Shown here: in pieces, positions 24,109-34,172 of the stretch
Layout of the letters: each line of letters opens with the position of its first letter
Position numbering within the stretch: position 1 is the first letter of the stretch
NCBI GenBank assembly: GCA_004764695.1
Contig: SMSO01000025.1
Span: forward strand, 4,380,862-4,444,861
Length of the DNA: 64,000 nt
Direction of reading: 5' to 3'
Source: Schizochytrium sp. TIO01
Taxonomy: Eukaryota; Protista; Bigyra: Labyrinthulomycetes
Notes under the pieces: generated by a model
Database searches by the model: none
Seen by the model: the letters and a program-made list of their open reading frames with translations, nothing else
What the model was told of the DNA's origin: nothing
Program-made: the position numbers and the translations under genes

Positions 24109-25152
24109 TTAGGAAGATGTCTTAGCTGTGACATCTTCAATAACAATGGGATCAGTGACCTTTTGGACGGTCTCAACATCAGTACTAGCAACAGCGGTTT
24201 CAACAGCAGGGGGGGTGTTCTCTGCGATAGCAGCAGCAGCGGGAATGACAGCAACGTTCAAATTTTTTTCGTCCACGGCAGGCTTGACGGCTGTAGCTGC
24301 CGATATATCTTGCAACTCGTAATCTTCCACCTGCACGAACGACACAGCCTGGCCATCAAAGATAGCCACTCGTAACTTGGTGCCCTCAGCGTCACAGGCT
24401 CGAGAAAGCGCTCGCATCGCCATTACTGATGGCATGCGGTCAGCAGGCCTCGAAGTTGCCACCCTGAAGTTTGGTACTCCTCGCGCAGATACGCTAAAAT
24501 TTGTTGTTTGGGGTGAGTACACATCATACCTGAGCTCCACACCGCCAGCAAAATCCTCCAAAGCCATCATCGCCTCAACCTCAGCCCCATCTGCAACCTC
24601 AGTTCGTTCGAACCACAGCTCTGCAGGTGGAGATGCCCACGTATCTCTACCCACGCGAAAAACGTTGAATCTGAGTTTCTTGAGTGCTACAAATGCATAA
24701 TAGTCGACCAGGGCTACGTTGTGTGTATCCAGAGCTCCGTAAGCAACTCCATACGCCTCCTCGAGGTCCATAATTTTGCACACATCAGTATTTGCGGGGG
24801 TACCTTCGGAAGATGTTCCTGAGGAGTCTGTGGCAGAATTTGTGGGCTCTTCAGGGCCCTTTTTAAGGTCCACTAGCATCGCAAGGTCGGCTTCGCCTTC
24901 GCTCACGAGGAAAGCGGTTTCTTCAGGCCACAGCCACTTGACACCTTTCCTGGAGAATCCCATACGGTTCACATGCTTCCCGCGCTCCTCACAGACTCTT
25001 GCAAGTCCTCTCGAACCGTGCCACAGTAGAAGAGGCACCTTCTCGCGTCGCAGATCTTCGTTCACGATGCCCACACCACCCGTGCGCCTACGCTTGATTC
25101 CATGATTGCCATCTTCGCACTCTGCAGCTCGCTTGCTTGTGGCCTCGCTCAT
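24109..25152 (-). CDS. TSEN54: tRNA-splicing endonuclease subunit Sen54-like
   Basis: RGKHVNRMGFS..WLWPEETAFLVSEG, LEEAY, YYAFVALKKLRFNVFR, YDVYSP...PNFRV and AIFDGQAVSF match the Sen54 N- and C-terminal blocks. Confidence 0.8.
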   Translation of the reverse strand: MSEATSKRAAECEDGNHGIKRRRTGGVGIVNEDLRREKVPLLLWHGSRGLARVCEERGKHVNRMGFSRKGVKWLWPEETAFLVSEGEADLAMLVDLKKGPEEPTNSATDSSGTSSEGTPANTDVCKIMDLEEAYGVAYGALDTHNVALVDYYAFVALKKLRFNVFRVGRDTWASPPAELWFERTEVADGAEVEAMMALEDFAGGVELRYDVYSPQTTNFSVSARGVPNFRVATSRPADRMPSVMAMRALSRACDAEGTKLRVAIFDGQAVSFVQVEDYELQDISAATAVKPAVDEKNLNVAVIPAAAAIAENTPPAVETAVASTDVETVQKVTDPIVIEDVTAKTSS

Positions 25153-25785
25153 GGTGCCGCAAGGAGACGGAAACCCGGTCTTAAGGAGCCTTTCTTGTTA
25201 TGTTTCAGTGTGGTACTTCGATGATGATTGATCGCCACATGCAGATTGTTGATTGTTAATGGTGGGGCAAAAATGAAGAGCTTTATTTAGTTAGTACCCT
25301 GGGTACCCATTTATTTTGTAGGTAGTAGGGTGCCTACTACCGTGGTAAGTAAATACAAATGTCATCCCTAATACAGCACAAATGACGATGCCATCAAGTT
25401 ATCCTTTTCATCTAACACTGGGGGACGATGATATAATCTAACTTCTAAAAAATCGGTTCGTCCGACAAAGAATGCATGAAAGCAAGTCTTGAAAAGTGCG
25501 TTAAGGGGCGTCTGCAAATTAGTATGCGCCTATCCTGGTCATTAGTGTCAGGTCGAAGAAGACAATATGATTATCTGGAAATAGAGAAAGGACAAAGGGA
25601 ATCAAAAAGAGGATAAATGAAAACGTAGCATATGGCCTCACGGACGACTGAATGCATGCAAAGGTTGTCACATATGAGATTTGGTTTCGAGTAAGGAAGA
25701 CAAAATATACATTGGAGAAAGAAAAGATGGATAAATTGACAGGGAAAGAAAAAAAAAGCTATGCAGACTACACCAACCTATACAA

Positions 25786-28700
25786 TTAAAAGGTAATGCC
25801 AGCATCATCCTCATCGTCATTGGCAACTAAATCGAGATAGTCCAGAGCGCTGGTGGAGGTTGGCTGAGACACATCAAGAGAAAAGTATTCCGAAAGAGCA
25901 GGCATGGACGCACTTGCCATACCACGCTTAGGCGGAAGGCTCGCCTGCGGTGGCATGGCAGTCATTTCTGGTCTACGAAGGTCCAAGTAAGACTGATGAT
26001 GCTTGGCAGCTGAAGCAGCAATCGCAGCAGCATGGCCCATATGACTATCAGCCTCATCTTCCGAGGTTGCACCATCAAAAGACTCACCTCGCTCCTCATG
26101 GGGCTCAATGTCGTCCATATCCTCAACTTTGTCCTCACGGATTGTAGTCACAGGTCCATGAGACTGAAAAGAATGCGAAGGCAGAGCTGTGTAAGACTCA
26201 TAGGTTCGGCGACTGCGGTCTTGCAAGTGAGGAGAGCTTGGACCCAACATGTCACCCATAGAACGAGAACCACGACTCTTGCTTGAGACTCTGGCCAAAA
26301 ACTCCAGTACACTCTGAACCTCCTCTACATCATTGACGAAGTACTGCGCCACAGATGGCTTCTCACCCACAACACAGGTAAACAAATCACCCTTCCATGG
26401 CTCGATTGGAGTTCTTGAGTGGTGACGCAAAAGAGGGTGCGGAGGCGGAGGCGAGTCCGTACCAATACTCGAGGTTGCGGCATCCTCTCCACCTTGTTTC
26501 TTATCAGAATCTTGTTGAGCATCATCCTGGTTGAAGCTAGAGCCACGCTCACGACCCAAGATGCTGTGCGCAAGCATTTGAATTGAAGAACCAAATACAG
26601 AGTCATTGCGAGTAAATTTACCAAGCAGATCCTCACGACCGTTCGCATGCAACTCGTGGAAAAACTCAAACATTGCCTCGTCAGCAATATCATCACCAAT
26701 ACACAAAACGAAGTCGGGCAAGTCGTCCGTAGCTCCATAGACCATGTCCAGAATGTGGGCTACTGCATTTCCCTTGTCGATACCTTGAGGGCACACTTCC
26801 ACATACCCCTTACCTGAGACGACCTCAATAGGAAAGGCCTTCAAAACACCATGCAAATGGTCCTGCAGCTCTGAAGCTTGCAATGCAGCAAACTCAGGTT
26901 CGGCGTCTCGAAACTGCCACACGATCGAAGAACCCTTGCGTTCAATGTATGTACCATCAGTACGCTGTGTGTACACATCCATGATCTGTTCACTGAGATC
27001 CATCCAGCTTGAATCAAAGACATCGGACAAAGTGATCCATTCCCGCATCAACGTATCCTGCACTCGGCGGAAATCAGCCCCGGTGCGACTCCGATGTGAG
27101 GGGCGCGTCTCTTGACTGTCTGAGCTCGAGCTACGCGCACGACGCCGACCCATCTGATGGCGAGGAGGCGCATGGAGCAAGTCACTTCCGGAAGTGCCTG
27201 AAACCAAGGGAGGTGTGACGGTGCTGCGCTGCTTTGGGTATATCTCCCCGGAGTCTTCTGACGCTGGAACAGATGCAGATGAGCGCATGCGATCCGGAAG
27301 GCTGTAGAAGCAGCCATGTTCTGCAGTTAAACCAATGTTCGGAATATCTGCAAAAGCAGCTTCTACCTCCTGACGCTCCCGACCTGACACAATAAACACA
27401 TTGTTACGTGGATCTTCCAGCAACATTTTCAGTGATCGAATCATGCCCGAGGCAGGCACAATGGCCTCGCCCTTGGGGCGGTAGCGGAACTCAAACTTGT
27501 GACGAAGGGTACTCTCGTCCACACCTTCCTGCGGAATTGCATCATCAGATACAGTCGTACCACCATAGTCTAGCACAATGAGTCGAGACTCTGCGGCACG
27601 GTAAGCATCCATCATTATGTCATCAGTGAGATGTTGGAAGTTCGGGCGGAATTCTACAGCACGGAATTGTAACCCAAGACCAAGGCCATCAGGAGTAAGG
27701 CCTTCATGCTTGCCCTCTGAAGACATTGGGCGGGCTGTCTTGATATCCGTTAGTACGCGCAAAGCCCACCCGGTCTCATCATGGTTTATAACATATCGAA
27801 GTGCCGCTGCATGCCGAGCTTGACGTTCCTCAGGATCCATGCTGAGAGCTGACTGTATAGATTCCACAACTTCGTTATCACGCCAAGGATTGCAGCGCAA
27901 GCTACCAGGAAGTACGCGAAAGGCAGCTGTGAATTCAGAGAGGACCAACGATGAGTGTGTGCGGATCTGACGAACCTCCTCACTGACCTCAGGGCTGTTT
28001 GCCAAGGCAGTCCAAGGCCCGCTCTTAAGGGTAGCACGCTCATCAGTAACTACGGTGTACTCAAAGGCACTCAAACCCAAACCAGAACGCAGAGGTGTAA
28101 TCATAAGGATATCAGCAATGGAAAATAAAGCCAGACGGTCTTCGAAACTAGACGAAGACCACTCCACTAGAACGACAGCCGGTCGCTTGCCAGGCGGGCG
28201 CGGAAAACTACGATTGATACGACGAGCAAGCTCACGGACAATATGCAATACCTCTCGAGATTCTTCTGACTCTTGCCGGGTGTGAACTAGCACTTGCAAA
28301 AGGCATAAACGATCTAGCCAAGGTGACTTTTTGCTCCGCTCCAGCTCAAGTAGCTTCTCATAAGACACCAGCTTGAAGTGAATGCCCCGTAAGAATTCAA
28401 TATCATCTAGACCCGCAATGATCACTTGATCGGCGTTGAGCCAATCTGTGTGACTACCGTGATTGGTTGTGGAAGAAGCTCCAGAGAAAGCTGCAGAGCC
28501 TTGCGCCGAGAGTTGCTGCCGCTGTGGATCTTGTGCAGACGAAGGAGGGAGCAAAGGAGGCTTGCCGTCTACAGGAACCTTTTCCTCGACGAACATAGTT
28601 TGCGAACCGCTTGGGGCGGGGTAAGGTACTATACAAGCTCGCAACATTGCGTATGCCTTGGCCGATACTGCGTCAGAACGAAGTTTGTTACGCACCATCG

Positions 28701-30174
28701 CAGCTTCAATGCCTCCATGACAAACCGTAATAAGCACACGGCGGCCTTGGTAGTCAACAGTGAGTACACCATGGCGGTCGTTTTCATTACCATCATGAGG
28801 AATTCCCAGAATCCGATGACAGCATGAAAGAAAGGGTCTTGCATACTCGTACAAGTGAAAACCGATCTGGTCAGCATTGAGCATCCCAATAAGGAGCTCA
28901 TCACGGACAGATAATGTACGAAAAATCTCTGACGAAGGAAATGGTGAGTGGATAAACAGTCCAATTGGCGGTTTGCGGCGCTTCAGGCGCCGGGCCAGCA
29001 TTGAAGGAAGTAAAAGCAGCTCATAACCGTGTACCCAAATAAGATCTGTGTCTTGATACTCTTCCACACAAATACCTAAAAAGGCCTGATTCACCTCTCG
29101 ATACGCTTGCCAGGAAGCCTCGTGCAGCTTAGCATTCCACCACCGAGTAGGAAGAGGACCATACACGTCAACCTGATGGTGAAAGAGTTTGCGGAGAGTA
29201 TCATAACAGAACAAATAATGAAGTCTAGCAATCTCTTCGTCAAGAAAAACAGGAACACAACGAAACCTTGAAAGAGCAGCACGAAGACCCGAACGTTCAT
29301 GGGGCTGAACAGGTGGCTCAATATTAGGGACACCAATGTACACAACGCGCATGTAATCTGCGGCTGACTTCTTCTTGCGCGAGAGCAGGGTTGACTCATT
29401 CCATTCAATGATCCAATCTTGTGCGCCAGATTCTGAATCTGAGCGCTCACGCGTATACTTGGTGTCAAGGTTAGAGTCTGAGGATCGAGAAGAACTCATA
29501 GAAGAAACTGACGTGGATAAGTTGGGCGATGGGGAAGGTCTGGAGAAGCTGCCGATGAATTCACTACGGGATGAATCACCTCTGCTTGTGCTAGGTGTGT
29601 CACCTTCGGGAGAAGATGGAGGTCTAATGTTACTGCGCTGAATTTTTACAGGCAGAAAATGGCTTACAACCATGACACCGTCTGTGGACTCCAAGTCCAG
29701 ACCTTTGCGTCGCTTCTCTCGGTGTGACATTCGCTCCTGGTTATCACTTGATTGTTGACGCGTAGGGAGCTTGTGCTGGGTGGATCGAAATCTTGAGGCA
29801 CTACTTTGGTCATCGTCTTCGTCACCGCCGTCGGTGCGATTATCCGTTCCCGGAATTTGCAAAATATCATTGATTGTGGTTGGGCTCTCTACAAAGAGTT
29901 TGCGCGACTCCCCGTCAGGAAGCTCCTCCCAGCGGGATAACTCGCCACCACTTAGAATGCAGTAGCGATATGAAATGGTCTGATCGGGTGGGAGTGGAAT
30001 GGGCTGCGCCGTATACCATTCGGGGAAAACGTCCGGATCTGTCACGAGCTGGACACCGTATCTATGGTCTCCAGATCCTAGTGCTGCAACATCACCCACT
30101 AAGCATATGGTCTCGCCACGTTCTAGTGGTGCAACCACATTGAAGCTTACACCGACAACGTCTCCACGACCCAT
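25786..30174 (-). CDS. CBM20 - trehalose-6-phosphate synthase (GT20) - trehalose phosphatase (HAD) fusion
   Basis: N-terminal CBM20 (LVGDVAALG, WY, YRY, WE); GT20 motifs VSHFLPV, IWVHGYELLLLP, FIHSPFPSSEIFR, LNADQIGFH, LSEF, NPW; HAD motifs LDYGGT, VSGR, AEHG, DKG, CIGDDIADE, VGEKPSVAQYF. Confidence 0.93.
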   Translation of the reverse strand: MGRGDVVGVSFNVVAPLERGETICLVGDVAALGSGDHRYGVQLVTDPDVFPEWYTAQPIPLPPDQTISYRYCILSGGELSRWEELPDGESRKLFVESPTTINDILQIPGTDNRTDGGDEDDDQSSASRFRSTQHKLPTRQQSSDNQERMSHREKRRKGLDLESTDGVMVVSHFLPVKIQRSNIRPPSSPEGDTPSTSRGDSSRSEFIGSFSRPSPSPNLSTSVSSMSSSRSSDSNLDTKYTRERSDSESGAQDWIIEWNESTLLSRKKKSAADYMRVVYIGVPNIEPPVQPHERSGLRAALSRFRCVPVFLDEEIARLHYLFCYDTLRKLFHHQVDVYGPLPTRWWNAKLHEASWQAYREVNQAFLGICVEEYQDTDLIWVHGYELLLLPSMLARRLKRRKPPIGLFIHSPFPSSEIFRTLSVRDELLIGMLNADQIGFHLYEYARPFLSCCHRILGIPHDGNENDRHGVLTVDYQGRRVLITVCHGGIEAAMVRNKLRSDAVSAKAYAMLRACIVPYPAPSGSQTMFVEEKVPVDGKPPLLPPSSAQDPQRQQLSAQGSAAFSGASSTTNHGSHTDWLNADQVIIAGLDDIEFLRGIHFKLVSYEKLLELERSKKSPWLDRLCLLQVLVHTRQESEESREVLHIVRELARRINRSFPRPPGKRPAVVLVEWSSSSFEDRLALFSIADILMITPLRSGLGLSAFEYTVVTDERATLKSGPWTALANSPEVSEEVRQIRTHSSLVLSEFTAAFRVLPGSLRCNPWRDNEVVESIQSALSMDPEERQARHAAALRYVINHDETGWALRVLTDIKTARPMSSEGKHEGLTPDGLGLGLQFRAVEFRPNFQHLTDDIMMDAYRAAESRLIVLDYGGTTVSDDAIPQEGVDESTLRHKFEFRYRPKGEAIVPASGMIRSLKMLLEDPRNNVFIVSGRERQEVEAAFADIPNIGLTAEHGCFYSLPDRMRSSASVPASEDSGEIYPKQRSTVTPPLVSGTSGSDLLHAPPRHQMGRRRARSSSSDSQETRPSHRSRTGADFRRVQDTLMREWITLSDVFDSSWMDLSEQIMDVYTQRTDGTYIERKGSSIVWQFRDAEPEFAALQASELQDHLHGVLKAFPIEVVSGKGYVEVCPQGIDKGNAVAHILDMVYGATDDLPDFVLCIGDDIADEAMFEFFHELHANGREDLLGKFTRNDSVFGSSIQMLAHSILGRERGSSFNQDDAQQDSDKKQGGEDAATSSIGTDSPPPPHPLLRHHSRTPIEPWKGDLFTCVVGEKPSVAQYFVNDVEEVQSVLEFLARVSSKSRGSRSMGDMLGPSSPHLQDRSRRTYESYTALPSHSFQSHGPVTTIREDKVEDMDDIEPHEERGESFDGATSEDEADSHMGHAAAIAASAAKHHQSYLDLRRPEMTAMPPQASLPPKRGMASASMPALSEYFSLDVSQPTSTSALDYLDLVANDDEDDAGITF

Positions 30175-31569
30175 TTTGTATTTGCCTTGTCAACTGCTTA
30201 TGAACCCAACGATTATATTATATGTATGTATAAAAAGAAAAGAGGCCAAAGAAGCCTGTGTGAACCGACGCTGACGTAAGAATGTAATAAATTAATATTT
30301 TCAAACTCTGCTCCCAAGCCCTCGCAACAGATGTGCCAGGATTTAAATAAGGGAACGAAGAATCAGCTCCAGATGTCAGCCTACTCCCTTCGCAACCTGA
30401 GAGCTTCTCGCAGTTGCAGGTGGTAGGTAAGGTAAAGTGCGAACGGATTAAAATAAAGAAATCTTGCGACCTCTAAATTGCAGTTCTCCACCAAAAAAAA
30501 AAGCCAGAAAGAATCTTATTCTCAGAGGCTTTCTAATCAGTTCGCCAAGTGTCTTAGCAAGTCACCAAATTCGTTGTTTCTGAGCCGCTTCAATCTACAT
30601 GCACATCCCGCACAGGTCGGTCCTGCAACTGCAACTTTCGTATCTAAAGAATTCCTGTTACAGCTTCAAACTTCAGCAGGACCAGGCCAGCCTTGGAGGT
30701 CCAGACCTCTCACGAGAGTTTCCAGCTCGCGACCCCCTCGCCTTCAACGTGTCCTCGCGAGCGCCAAAATACGTATTTGATCAGGCTCTGACCTCTGTTC
30801 TGTATGGCTATAAACGAGCAGTGCCCCTCTATATTATTATCAGTGAATTACGCGCTCTGCGGAAACTCGAGTCGGCGAGTCCAGCCGGATGCGCTCTCCG
30901 GCGTCTCTGAGGCGGGAGCACGGCTTGCGGGTGGTTCCCTACGGCAGGCGGCGGCTCCGGTCTTCTCCCCGCTGCCTCGCAGCTCCTGGCGGGCGAGAGC
31001 GAGGGCCTGCGGCGCGCGCTTCGACGGATCGATCGACGATATCGCTTTGTTTCTCTTCTCCTCTTTCTCTCTCTTCAGTTCAAATGATCCTAACTTCAAA
31101 TCAATATCAACAAACAAACATTCAAAAACCCAAAGAATTCTTACCCTCTACCACTCACCTACGCACCGCTAAGCCGCCGAAATCATCCAGAGCCTTTTTC
31201 TCCTCCAAAGCAAAGTCAGAAATCGACTTTCGCCAATGACTTATCCGACGTATACTCCACTTTCGGTCTCTATTCTCTACTGTACCAAACCCCAATTGTC
31301 TATTCACCTCAACTTCAGACCTCCACTGACGCATTCCATCCTATCTACTACATACATATATATATACTCTCCTCCTATATATATGTATATATATATCGCT
31401 TATGATCCTCGCTCTCAGAGGCGCCCCCCTATAACCCACTTGCGCGCCCATTCTTCACTTGCAGGGCGCCTATAACTCACTTCGCGGCCGCTATACTTCA
31501 CTTTGCGCGGAGTGTTCCACTGTGCGCCCTTGCCGCAAAAAGCCGAGGAGCATTTTCCTTCTTCGCCGG

Positions 31570-31574
<5 letters not shown>

Positions 31575-31614
<40 letters not shown>
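31575..31614. repeat. (CT)n microsatellite
   Basis: Directly visible. Confidence 0.95.
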
Positions 31615-31618
<4 letters not shown>

Positions 31619-32856
31619 GGTTCTCTGCGGCCTGCTCCAAGCCCGGGTCCAGCGCTTCGCAGGGCCCTCCTGCCCGGGACCCCGCGTCCCTCCGCGGCTT
31701 TTGCCCTGTATTCGGCCTCCATCTCCGCTCCTTCGCGTCAATTTCCAATGCTTTTCATTGGTTCATCGTTTCTAAGAAAGATACACACATACAAACTCCA
31801 ACTTTAATTAATTACTTAATTAATTAATTTAATTAATTGATTAATTTATTTATTACTTAACTAATTAAGCAATTACTTAATTGCCTACGATTGCTTTTCC
31901 TTTTTCGCTCCTTTGTAGGACTATTAACAGCACCCGTAGGACAGTCCTATAGTTAACGGTAGTCGCCTCGCCCGGAGAGGCTCCGGCAACGACCAAAAAG
32001 AACGCCGCGTCACAGCCCGCGGTACCGTTCTGTTGGAGGAACGGCAGAATGGAACGCACGCCGCGGCGAAGGAGCAGTGAGAGATCCTAGGGAGGACTCT
32101 TAGGAGAAGGTTGTGCATAGTATTGGTATTGGTATTGTTGAGGGTCGTGGCCTGGGCTCTTTGGGTTCAGGATGGAGATCTTGAAGATGGCGAGAGACAT
32201 GGAGGGTAGAAAGTCGGGGTTACGAGAGGGTGTGTGGAATTGGCTTATGGGATAGATTAATAATTTTGGAGGCTCTCTTTTTTTTTTTTTGGGGGGGGGG
32301 GAAGTGGAGTGATGGTAAAGTTCTGAGATTCTGTGGATGAATTTCTTGTATCAGATCTCGGAGGCGCTGATTTGATGAGCCTGTAGCGATCTCACACCAC
32401 TCCACTGCAATGGTTCTGGTTGAAGGGTGGACATGTGGGGTCTGGACGAAGGAAAACGATTTAAAACTCAGCTTAAAGGCGTGGTGGACAAGAATGTAAA
32501 CAAGATCCTCCTGATTTTAAGGTCTTACAAGAGTCTTTGCAGCAAGAGAGCGAGCAGCTTTGCAGTCAGGTGCTAGAGGACAGAACAGCGTGGCAGCACC
32601 TCTGATAAACCTGGCTAGAGAAAAAGCTGAAAGAAGTATACACAAACCATAGGCTTAAGGCTTCACACCCAAAGTGGGGACATAAAGCGCCACGCAAAGA
32701 CAAACACGGCATGCATTAATGAGTATAATAATTCATAAATCACTGTGTTAAGGAGTCAACTTTGTGAGTGCATAAAGAGAAGGATCACAGTGCATTTGAA
32801 TTCGATCGATTGAGCGAGACAAGAGAGAAAAAGGTTGCAGGTTAAGTAAGCTAAAT

Positions 32857-33084
32857 TTACTCTTCGGAGAGCGTGGGCTTAGCACCAAGCTCCTCCTTCT
32901 CCCACTTGAGGGAGGCAGGGTCGATGCGGAGGCCGGGGGCAGTGGCCTTCTTGTACACGAAGTCGCAGACGCAGTACACGCCGAAGATAACGACAGCGTT
33001 GCGGAGACCCGGGAAGATATCGCGGTTCTGCACGGTGAGGATGGGGTGTTTCCGCCACTTGTCGAGGTTGCCGCCGAGAACCAT
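32857..33084 (-). CDS. NDUFB3: NADH:ubiquinone oxidoreductase subunit B12 (NDUFB3-like), 75 aa; possible upstream exon at 33634-33677
   Basis: DKWRKHPILT..RDIFPGL followed by one TM helix matches the plant-type B12 signature WRKHP...PG. Strong GC3 bias suggests high expression. Confidence 0.8.
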   Translation of the reverse strand: MVLGGNLDKWRKHPILTVQNRDIFPGLRNAVVIFGVYCVCDFVYKKATAPGLRIDPASLKWEKEELGAKPTLSEE

Positions 33085-33088
33085 TTTG

Positions 33089-33633
33089 CTGTTGCGTGTA
33101 GAAAACCTTGAAAGAAAGAGCCTTCCCAGGTGCCTGTGAACCCGAACCCAATCATTCCGCAAGCCAATACCGAAACCAAGCATTAGCATTTCATAGAATC
33201 GTTTTTGTCCACATTTCATTCAACAAAAGGTATCATGAGCGAAAGCAGTGTCAGAGTATTAGCGAAAGCAGTAGCGAAGTGTTAGTCATCAGCACTATAT
33301 AGGCACAACAAAGAAAATGAAGTCGAATCCCTCGCGTTCACGCCCTCCGCGCCCTAAGCAACGCCCAAACCGCTGCAAAGACGACTAAATACGGGCTTAT
33401 AGATCCACCCTTGCGGCTTTTACCCCGCCCTTCCGCGCTATGAGCCGAGAGCGGCACAGAATGGCGGCTGCTTCAGTGCTGCCTTTTGAAGATCAAGGCC
33501 GCATGGCCCCATCTCTGTTCCACAGGGTCCGCCTGAGAATAAGATCACCTCCGGCCCGAATTAAGGGCAGAAACAAGCACCCGCGCGCCCTCGGCGTCCT
33601 GCGCGGTGCCCCACGGCGCATCGTCGCACGTAC
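33089..33633 (-). other. Predicted GT-AG intron (545 nt) of the NDUFB3-like gene
   Basis: Donor AG|GTACGT and acceptor ttttctacacgcaacag|. Splicing joins MAAVRAKTTRWTPI-S-K in frame to MVLGG. Confidence 0.6.
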
Positions 33634-34172
33634 CTAATCGGAGTCCACCGCGTGGTCTTCGCCCGCACAGCAGCCATGGCAGCGAGTCGAAAAAGGGTTG
33701 CGCACAAATAAAAAGAGTTGTTCAAGCCGCGGCGAGGATTCACTTTGTTAGGCAGTACTGGTACTGTCTATAAGTGGTTAGTACCGACTTTAGAAGGAAA
33801 TCAGTCTGTGTATTAGTATTCATTGTTACTCTCTAGAGTGAAAATCTAGTGAAAATCAGAGGTCAGGTCTTACATAGGAGCATTCTATGGACGCAAGCGC
33901 GTAACAAACGTTGGACTCACTGAAGAATAACAATGAGCTAGGAGAGAGAGTGTAGGTTGGAGAGGAAACAAATAAAGGTGGTTCCTACTGAGAGATGGTG
34001 CAATAAAAATCTATTCCTCAGCAAAAATGGATGCATTGCAGGTGCGTAAAGCTGATGGACGCATGACAACGAAACTCGCATTACCAAAGTGAATGGAAAG
34101 GGCAGTGGGGCCTGCGCGATTGATATAGCTATGAGGATAGATGAGCACAATGGAGATGAGTGGCTTATATAA

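Noticed and set aside
33255-33300. Box C/D-like words (TGATGA...CTGA) in the NDUFB3 intron
   Set aside because: Spacing is too short for a snoRNA and no recognisable guide sequence is present.
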